This document shows, piece after piece, positions 19,499 through 25,832 of a stretch of DNA of 64,000 nt. The notes below the pieces were generated by a model. It was given only the letters and a program-made list of their open reading frames with translations. It ran no database searches and had not been told where the DNA came from. The DNA is from a virus. Numbering within the stretch: position 1 is the stretch's first letter; every line of letters starts with the position of its first letter. The translations under genes were made by a program, and so were the position numbers. The stretch is from the IMG/VR virus record IMGVR_UViG_3300021376_000028, positions 1 to 64,000 of that record; one strand, written 5' to 3'.

Positions 19499-19601
19499 GC
19501 TGGCGTGCAAGTTGGTTCACTGACTTAAACGCCAGCGTATTAGGTATGCCTAACTGGTCTCTTTGAGTGCGTTTTCGTGCTCGTGTGCTATTGTAAGTCT
19601 G
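19499..19601 (+). promoter_or_regulatory. Cassette 4 module
   Basis: GCTGGCGT..ACGCCAGC; ATTAGG-tatg-CCTAAC; TGTGCTATTGT. Confidence 0.8.
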
Positions 19602-19635
19602 TCGGGGGGACGGTCCCCACGACGGAAAGGAAAGC

Positions 19636-19947
19636 ATGGGCAAGCGCTACAACTCAACGGCGGTCATGGAGGTGTTGGTGGTGATCACCAGTAGGCTCTA
19701 CTTCACCGGCACACCATTCTCGGAGGAGGACTTCGACGAGTGGCAGTCCCGCCTGCTCGGTCTCGTCCGCGAGATGAGCGACCAACTGGACAAGGAGGAT
19801 GTCGCGGACGCCATCAATGCCGAGATCGTCCTCAAGAACGGAATGCGGTCCTACGAGGACTTGCTGCACGAGTTCAGCGAGCTCGTCAGGACTGGCATTC
19901 CCACCTGGAGAGTCGGGCTGCGTCAGATGTCTCGCTCCCCCAACTGA
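19636..19947 (+). CDS. Cassette 4 cargo: acidic helical hypothetical protein
   Basis: SD GAAAGGA; ORF track. Confidence 0.75.
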   Translation: MGKRYNSTAVMEVLVVITSRLYFTGTPFSEEDFDEWQSRLLGLVREMSDQLDKEDVADAINAEIVLKNGMRSYEDLLHEFSELVRTGIPTWRVGLRQMSRSPN

Positions 19948-20056
19948 CCGAATGAGCCATCACTCTCCCCCGCCCCCCTCGCCCTCGGGCGAGGGGGGAA
20001 CCCCCACCGGTTCAGGCAGACATCCATGTTGATTTAATATACGTTTTCTCCCTGTA

Positions 20057-20158
20057 AGCTGGTGTGCAAGTTGGTTTACAAACTGAAACACCAGTTCGTT
20101 AGGGCAACCTAACATGAAATTGAGTGCGTTTCCACGGTCTTATGCTATTGTAAGTGTG
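20057..20158 (+). promoter_or_regulatory. Cassette 5 module
   Basis: CTGGTGT..ACACCAG; GTTAGG-gcaa-CCTAAC; TATGCTATTGT. Confidence 0.8.
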
Positions 20159-20192
20159 TCGGAGGGACGGTCTCTCCGACAGGAAGGAAACC

Positions 20193-20375
20193 ATGCCAAT
20201 ACAATTGACCTGTCCGTACTGCGACAGGACATTCACATACGACACCGTGACATTCATCGGTGCGAGCAAGAAGATGTCCACGCACAAGGCTCGTTGCCCG
20301 AAGAAACGATACCTCGGCGGTGACTTGGAGATCGGAACAGCCGAGGATGCCCGTGAACTGCTGGAGGGGGAGTGA
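20193..20375 (+). CDS. Cassette 5 cargo A: small C2HC-type zinc-finger-like protein
   Basis: SD GGAAGGA; ATG20193 MPIQLTCPYCDRTF..HKARC. Confidence 0.7.
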   Translation: MPIQLTCPYCDRTFTYDTVTFIGASKKMSTHKARCPKKRYLGGDLEIGTAEDARELLEGE

Positions 20376-20605
20376 TGACCTACGAAGACTTTGAGAGGCT
20401 CGTCCAGTCATCGTTCCCCAATGACGGCAACATCCGGTACGGACAGCATTGGTTCAACACCCTGTATTCGGTGAGGCCCGGGGTGGCTAACCTCATCAGG
20501 GGGACACTCCACGATCCTTTCCACCGAGAGAAGGTTTCAGAGCAGACGCAAGGCTATGCCCGTGCGCTCTGGAGCGACCTTCGTGCTCACGACACGGTGA
20601 ACTGA
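20372..20605 (+). CDS. Cassette 5 cargo B: hypothetical protein (RYGQ..FN.L..DPF family)
   Basis: GTGA coupling with cargo A; GGAGG upstream. Confidence 0.7.
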   Translation: MMTYEDFERLVQSSFPNDGNIRYGQHWFNTLYSVRPGVANLIRGTLHDPFHREKVSEQTQGYARALWSDLRAHDTVN

Positions 20606-20698
20606 ATCCTCCCCCCGCCCTCGGGCGGGGGGAACCCCCATCCGTTCAGACAGACATCTATACTTATTTAATATATATATCTCTCTGTCTACACGCAG

Positions 20699-20799
20699 CT
20701 GGCGTGCGGGTGAGTTTACAAACTTAAACGCCAGTCCGTTAGGTTAGCCTAACAGTCTCTTTGAGTGCGTTTCTGTGCTCGTGTGCTATTGTAAAGATG
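20699..20799 (+). promoter_or_regulatory. Cassette 6 module
   Basis: CTGGCGT..ACGCCAG; GTTAGG-ttag-CCTAAC; TGTGCTATTGT. Confidence 0.8.
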
Positions 20800-20830
20800 T
20801 CGGGGAGACTCCCCGACGGAAAGGAAAGCA

Positions 20831-21007
20831 ATGAGTAACAGACTGAGAAACGTACTCGCTAGGGTGTATTGGTACCTAACGACATTCAGGGCGCTGAAAG
20901 GATCGCACCAACCGTGTCGCCACTGCTACTTCCGTTGGCTGAACGAGAAGCGCAACCGTTGGTTGTGGTTGTGGTGCGACAACGACTGCAACTGGGGCAA
21001 CGAGTAG
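20831..21007 (+). CDS. Cassette 6 cargo: 58-aa Trp/Cys/Arg-rich peptide (not in ORF track)
   Basis: SD GAAAGGA; MSNRLRNVLARVYWYLTTFRALKGSHQPCRHCYFRWLNEKRNRWLWLWCDNDCNWGNE*; stop just before the GC hairpin. Confidence 0.75.
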   Translation: MSNRLRNVLARVYWYLTTFRALKGSHQPCRHCYFRWLNEKRNRWLWLWCDNDCNWGNE

Positions 21008-21126
21008 CCCCAACACTCGGACCAAGATCTCCCCCCCTCGCCCCCCTCTCCCTCGGGCGAGGGGGGGAACCCCGACCGGTCTAGGCAGTCTGTCTATAAT
21101 GTTTAATATACAGCCTTCCTTCATCA

Positions 21127-21228
21127 GCTGGCGTGCGAGTTAGTTCACTGACTTAAACGCCAGCCTGTTAGGGGCACCTAACGGTCTCTTTGAGTGCGTT
21201 TCTGTGCCGGTGTGCTATTGTAAGTGTG
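21127..21228 (+). promoter_or_regulatory. Cassette 7 module
   Basis: GCTGGCGT..ACGCCAGC; GTTAGG-ggca-CCTAAC; TGTGCTATTGT. Confidence 0.8.
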
Positions 21229-21261
21229 TCGGCGGGACGGTCCCGCCGACAGAAAGGCACC

Positions 21262-21597
21262 ATGAACAAGGTGAAAATCAACGGGCGATGGGTGAGCGCA
21301 AGCAACCCTCCCACAATAAGCGAAGTGTGGCACCTAGTGCTACCGGCGAAGCACGATGCGATCCGGACACTTACCAACCTCATCGCCGGACTGGAGACCC
21401 TGGTGGTGGCGTTGGAAGCCCTGCTCGCTGAACACCCATACGAGATCCAGGACCCCAGGACAGCCTTGCTATGGGAGAAGCACCACGCCCGGATCACTCG
21501 GGAAATCGGCAAGAACCAACGAGAGCGGAACGCCGCCAAGTTGCGCTACCGGCAGATGGTCCAAGTGCTGGAGTGGTACGACAACAGCGTGTCCTGA
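21262..21597 (+). CDS. Cassette 7 cargo: helical hypothetical protein
   Basis: SD GAAAGG; ATG21262 (MNKVKINGRW..). Confidence 0.75.
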   Translation: MNKVKINGRWVSASNPPTISEVWHLVLPAKHDAIRTLTNLIAGLETLVVALEALLAEHPYEIQDPRTALLWEKHHARITREIGKNQRERNAAKLRYRQMVQVLEWYDNSVS

Positions 21598-21790
21598 ACA
21601 CGCCCCCTGCCCCCCCCTCGCCTTCGGGCGAGGGGGGGAACCCCCACCGATCCAGTCACATCAACACATTAAATTGAATATACGGTTTCTCTCACTTCAT
21701 CAGCTGGCGTGCAGGTCGGCTTACTGACTTAAACGCCAACTCATACAGACAGGCCAGACTCTTATATTTAATATACACTTTCTCCCTGTA

Positions 21791-21892
21791 AGCTGGTGTG
21801 TACGAGCTTTAGCGAAGTTAAACACCAGCTTTGTTAGGTTCACCTAATAAAAAAAAGAGTGCGTTTTTGTGACGGTGTGCTATTGTAAGGGC
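21791..21892 (+). promoter_or_regulatory. Cassette 8 module (leaderless)
   Basis: AGCTGGTGT..ACACCAGCT; GTTAGG-ttca-CCTAAT; TATTGT 6 nt before ATG. Confidence 0.8.
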
Positions 21893-22276
21893 ATGGCAAA
21901 CAAGCCGGAGCCGACCGCTAAGGCGGAGGACAACAACAACAACCACAGCAAGCCGAGGAAGATCAACCTCTCCGAACTGAAAGGCACGGTGTCCCCACGG
22001 GGGCGCAAGCCCTACACGGACGAGGCGTTGGTCCAGTACCTCACGGAGATGGTGCAGGACGGAGAGGGCTTCGGACTGGACGCTCCCTACGAGGTCACCG
22101 ACGACATGCGCAAGGGCACCCCACGGGGCGTGAAGGCGCAGAACCGCGAGCGTGCCAAGTGGCGCAACCGCATCGTGTCGGTGTGGACCTCCACGCTCGG
22201 CAGGGACAAGGGCGAGATCACCGTCGGGTGGACCTCGGAGCACGAGGTCACCGTCTCCCTCAGGAACAAGGCGTAG
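21893..22276 (+). CDS. Cassette 8 cargo: putative DNA-binding protein (RGRK motif), paralog of cassette 9 cargo
   Basis: KINLSELKG..RGRKPY..YLTEMV..EGFG..AKWRNRIVS shared with 22539..22886. Confidence 0.75.
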   Translation: MANKPEPTAKAEDNNNNHSKPRKINLSELKGTVSPRGRKPYTDEALVQYLTEMVQDGEGFGLDAPYEVTDDMRKGTPRGVKAQNRERAKWRNRIVSVWTSTLGRDKGEITVGWTSEHEVTVSLRNKA

Positions 22277-22286
22277 AAAGGCGCTG

Positions 22287-22333
22287 AAAAACCGCAAGGT
22301 TTTTACCCTCCCCTTCGGGGGAGGTTTTTTTTT
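22287..22333 (+). terminator. Intrinsic terminator (tandem hairpins)
   Basis: AAAAACC-gcaa-GGTTTTT, then CCTCCCC-ttcg-GGGGAGG plus T9. Confidence 0.85.
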
Positions 22334-22344
22334 GTCCAAAATCG

Positions 22345-22380
22345 TTGGCGTTCAAGATGCTGAAGCATCTTGAACGCCAA
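22345..22380. repeat. 36-bp palindrome, copy 1
   Basis: TTGGCGTTCAAGATGCT-ga-AGCATCTTGAACGCCAA; identical copy at 22954-22989. Confidence 0.95.
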
Positions 22381-22436
22381 TCCGTACAAGGCAACGCTCT
22401 CTTCCCTTGAATACATTTTCCTAACTTACTTGAGAA

Positions 22437-22538
22437 GCTGGTGTTCAATAGCTTTAGCTAAATTGAACACCAGCGATGTTAGGCTGACCTAATAAGAAAA
22501 TGAGTGCGTTTTCGTGCCGGTGTGCTATTGTAGGAGTC
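22437..22538 (+). promoter_or_regulatory. Cassette 9 module (leaderless)
   Basis: GCTGGTGTTCAAT..ATTGAACACCAGC; GTTAGG-ctga-CCTAAT; TATTGT 7 nt before ATG. Confidence 0.8.
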
Positions 22539-22886
22539 ATGGCAACCAATGCCGGTGACCGCAATAGCGGAACCAACCCAAAGAAAATCAACCTGTCCGA
22601 CCTGAAAGGTAAGACTTCCCAACGGGGGCGCAAGCGGTACGCAAACGCCACCCTCACGGAATACCTGAGGGAAATGGTGAGCACACGGGAAGGCTTCGGT
22701 GTTCCCGAACTCTTGACCGTGACTCCCAAGACAACGGAGAAGCAAATCCAGACCCAAAAAGCAAAGTGGCGCAACCGCATTGTGTCATTGTTTGAGGAAC
22801 TGAACTTCCCGGGACACCGCATCAGTATTTCGTGGACGGACGCTCACGAAATGGTCGTGGAAATGGTTGAGACCACCGAAGGCTGA
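22539..22886 (+). CDS. Cassette 9 cargo: putative DNA-binding protein, paralog of cassette 8 cargo
   Basis: KINLSDLKG..RGRKRY..YLREMV..EGFG..AKWRNRIVS. Confidence 0.75.
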   Translation: MATNAGDRNSGTNPKKINLSDLKGKTSQRGRKRYANATLTEYLREMVSTREGFGVPELLTVTPKTTEKQIQTQKAKWRNRIVSLFEELNFPGHRISISWTDAHEMVVEMVETTEG

Positions 22887-22897
22887 GGAACCTTCAT

Positions 22898-22942
22898 AAA
22901 AAACGAAAGTTTTTTGACTCCGCTTCGGCGGAGTTTTTTTTT
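22898..22942 (+). terminator. Intrinsic terminator (tandem hairpins)
   Basis: AAAAAAC-gaaa-GTTTTTT, then ACTCCGC-ttcg-GCGGAGT plus T run. Confidence 0.85.
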
Positions 22943-22953
22943 GTCCAAAATCG

Positions 22954-22989
22954 TTGGCGTTCAAGATGCTGAAGCATCTTGAACGCCAA
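22954..22989. repeat. 36-bp palindrome, copy 2
   Basis: Identical to 22345-22380, including upstream T-run + GTCCAAAATCG. Confidence 0.95.
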
Positions 22990-23879
22990 TACTTTTATCC
23001 TTATATTCATACTAATTGAGTATACTTACTTGGCAAGGTTAGACCCTCCTTATATATTCTCTTTTTTTAATTGGTGGTCGTTTAAGAAATGCATTTCTTA
23101 AACACACCAATTAAATTAAATTTATTCTTTCCATTATGTTTAGTATTTTCTAATCGCATAGTCATCGCGTTGTCCTTTCAATTGCATTTCCTAATTGATT
23201 TGCGGGTGCCAATGGCTCACCAGTTCCCTTGGTAAATTCCCTCCTAATAGCCTGGGTGAATAGGTCACTCAAACCCCCCCTCAATTTACTCAACAAGAAT
23301 AAAATTCATGGATCTGGATATAGATAGGGTTAGGAGCATAGGAATAGTCTCTTCATATAGCCGCCTTCCCCAAATTCATATTAAAAATCGGGTTAAAAGC
23401 CCTCTATTCAACCTATATAAGAGGTATAAGAATAAACTTAATGGAAAATAGGCAAAATTTTTTTGTTTTTAATTAAAAGTTGACTATTTTAATCAACTTT
23501 TATTAAGTTTTAGAATAAAATTAACCGCTTTTTGGCACAAAAAAAAGCCTTAAAAATAAGATTTCTCTTACTTCTAAGGCTTTCTTTGCTTAATTACAAT
23601 GGATTCGGGGGTACACCATAGTAATTAATAAATATTGACGCAAATTGTCGTGCGTGTCGTCTCTTTATAATACTTTTGAAGCATATATCTTTTAAATATT
23701 TGCTTCTTGTTTTAGGGCTTCCTAAGACTCCTGGAGATCTTCCTCTATATCTCTAAAGAACTCTTCATTAGCCCAATCCCATTTTTCTTTTTCCCGCTCA
23801 TACCAAACAACATAACAACCCCAGCACATTGGGTTTGCCATATCTGATATATCACAGCATAAATCTTGCTTATTATCTA

Positions 23880-24119
23880 TCATTCCTTGTCTTCCTTTAA
23901 ATAAGGGAATTCGTATTCAAAATTGTCAATCACTTGGCGGATTACATCCAATTCCATTTCCAGCCATGTAACATCATTTTGATCCATATAGGGAATGTCC
24001 TGAGAGATCTTATTATAATAGTATTTTAAAGCGGCCACCGTATATTTGACCTCTTTGCCACTATAAAAAGTAACGCTCCCGCTCATAATTTCCTCTTTTT
24101 TTCTATTATTCACAGTCAT
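23880..24119 (-). CDS. Hypothetical protein
   Basis: ORF track; the true start may be MSGSV after GAGG. Confidence 0.5.
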   Translation of the reverse strand: MTVNNRKKEEIMSGSVTFYSGKEVKYTVAALKYYYNKISQDIPYMDQNDVTWLEMELDVIRQVIDNFEYEFPYLKEDKE

Positions 24120-24215
24120 GCCCGTATTGATATTCCTCTAAGGGAATATCCTTATTACACTCAGGGCAAGTAACAAGCCAACCAATATTCTCTAGAATTT
24201 CTTCTTCCTCATCCA

Positions 24216-24590
24216 TCACGTAAGCCTGTAACTTCTATCTTTTGAATAGTTTCCATCACCGTCAAATACCATCATAGCAAGATACTTTTCCCATTCCTCT
24301 GGAAAATAGGAATCATGAAGGAATTGCAAATCCCCAAGCATTTTAAAAGAAGTAGGACCCATGTCCCACTCAGGATTACTCTTCTGGATAGCTTCTACAA
24401 TGTAATCTCTATCATAAGGCTCCCCCTCAAAAAATGCCCTGTAATTATTATCGTGTATAAGAACACCTACGGCACACTTTTTATTTTTGCTACCGCGATA
24501 ACCGCACCCCCATTCATCATTCAGGCACTTTTCATTCTGCTGCAAGAGGTGATCTTTCACAATTTTAAAGATGTCTTGATCGTTCATCAT
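24216..24590 (-). CDS. Hypothetical protein, paralog family A
   Basis: HLL.Q..C.YRG..KCAVG.LI..SNP.W..LQ.LHD shared with 27536 and 40520 ORFs. Confidence 0.7.
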   Translation of the reverse strand: MMNDQDIFKIVKDHLLQQNEKCLNDEWGCGYRGSKNKKCAVGVLIHDNNYRAFFEGEPYDRDYIVEAIQKSNPEWDMGPTSFKMLGDLQFLHDSYFPEEWEKYLAMMVFDGDGNYSKDRSYRLT

Positions 24591-24714
24591 GTTTTCTTTC
24601 CGTGTACACAAGTGTACACATTTGATATATTGTACTTAGGATAATTGGTATTAAATATTAGGTTTATTTTACAAGCCACCAAGCTTGTAAATCTTAATTT
24701 CTTTTTTAAATAAC

Positions 24715-24975
24715 TTATAAAATTGGATAACCAGTGTTGTCATGGCAAGTATCAATATCGTTAAAGTTAATCTTTTTAACCAAGATTGCACCATCATCGT
24801 CCTTTATGTCAGAAATAAAAAGTTGTAAGGTATCAATAAAATCATCAAGATCACCCTCACGGAATGTACCGTTTGTTATGGCAAAATCATGCAATTTTTG
24901 GTCATTTGCAAAACAAGCCAAACCGACAATGATAGTCCCAATATTTTGTTTACTTAAAAAAATGTTGTCAATCAT
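24715..24975 (-). CDS. Hypothetical protein
   Basis: ORF track; dense - strand operon. Confidence 0.55.
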   Translation of the reverse strand: MIDNIFLSKQNIGTIIVGLACFANDQKLHDFAITNGTFREGDLDDFIDTLQLFISDIKDDDGAILVKKINFNDIDTCHDNTGYPIL

Positions 24976-25189
24976 TAATTACTCCAAGTCTTGATGCTTT
25001 TTCGTATAAAAAATTGTATTTATTTCTAAAGTGTGTGATCTTTGCGCTAAAAAGATTGCGCTCTTCTTCGCTCAAAAGATTTATTGATTCCTCCAGGGTA
25101 CTGTCTAGTTGTTTAAGACTAGCTTGAAAAAGCTTAAGTTGTTGTCTTGCCTCTGTTTTTAAATTTTCTTGAGCATCACCCTTCTCCAT
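24968..25189 (-). CDS. Hypothetical coiled-coil protein
   Basis: Likely start MEKGD (ATG25189). Confidence 0.5.
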   Translation of the reverse strand: MEKGDAQENLKTEARQQLKLFQASLKQLDSTLEESINLLSEEERNLFSAKITHFRNKYNFLYEKASRLGVIND

Positions 25190-25445
25190 CAGCAAGCATT
25201 CCTTCCTCAAGAGGAGTAATACTGATAGCGTTTCCCGTTTTGGTAATTCCAAACAAAGAGCCTGGACCATTACCCTCAGGATCACAAGAAGCATAAACTT
25301 TGCTACCATCACTAAATTCTAATACTGCTGTATTATTCCAACGAATATCATCCCAGCCTTCGTTTAGTGCTTCTTCTTCTGAAAGCCATCTCACATTCGT
25401 ACACTTAAGGCCAACTGGATGCGCTACCTTTTTACTTTTCATCAT
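25176..25445 (-). CDS. Hypothetical phage protein (..YASCDPEGNGPGSLF family)
   Basis: Recurring phage motif DxEGNGPG.LF. Confidence 0.6.
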   Translation of the reverse strand: MMKSKKVAHPVGLKCTNVRWLSEEEALNEGWDDIRWNNTAVLEFSDGSKVYASCDPEGNGPGSLFGITKTGNAISITPLEEGMLADGEG

Positions 25446-25619
25446 ATTTTACTCAATTCTTAAATGTTTCTTCAAATTTATTTATTAAAACTTCTATTGT
25501 ATTTCTTGCATTATCATTCTTAGACAACCAATAATCTAACAATTGGTCGTCAAGTATAAGATTATGCAACCCAGACAATAAAATCTTGACTTCTTCTTTG
25601 TTTAAATCAACAACACTTC

Positions 25620-25832
25620 TCACAGAGATTCCTTTGGAATACAGCGCCTAGTGCAGTATCCCAAATTATTTTCTTCGTAAAAGATACCGCGAATAAAACT
25701 TTTGTTACACATTGCACAAACAAAAGGATTCGCCCCCTTAGACCCATAAAATAAAGCTGCCTTACCAAGCAACTTTGGTCCTTTATCCCTATTTTGTCCA
25801 GCAATGGGTTTTGCTGGCTTCTTACTAGCCAT
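25620..25832 (-). CDS. Small Zn-binding protein (CxxC..CxxxC)
   Basis: CAMC, CTRRC; SD GAGG. Confidence 0.55.
   Translation of the reverse strand: MASKKPAKPIAGQNRDKGPKLLGKAALFYGSKGANPFVCAMCNKSFIRGIFYEENNLGYCTRRCIPKESL

Larger units (their letters stand above)
17590..23115 (+). repeat. GC-rich array of nine gene cassettes separated by a conserved ~200-250 bp structured intergenic module
   Basis: Same ordered motifs repeated. GTTAGG-N4-CCTAAY starts at 17678, 18285, 18909, 19539 (ATTAGG), 20098, 20738, 21167, 21833, 22478. TATTGT at 17726, 18335, 18958, 19589, 20146, 20787, 21216, 21881, 22526. Confidence 0.95.

Noticed and set aside
17678-22493. Integron attC sites (GTTAGGY and RCCTAAC resemble GTTRRRY and RYYYAAC)
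   Set aside because: The order is reversed relative to attC (GTT box first) with only 4 nt between arms. Cassettes have their own promoters, and no IntI or tyrosine recombinase is in the window.
17591-22822. Minus-strand and alternative-frame ORFs in the island, and N-terminal extensions like MSAFLCRCAIVSV
   Set aside because: These are shadow ORFs of GC-rich DNA. The shared peptides are translations of the non-coding promoter repeat; SD and -10 positions define the true starts.
17590-23000. CRISPR array (a Cas4-like gene is present at 51907)
   Set aside because: Units are 430-670 bp with ORF cargo and degenerate repeats. There are no cas1/cas2 or effector genes, and solo Cas4-like nucleases are common in phage replication modules.
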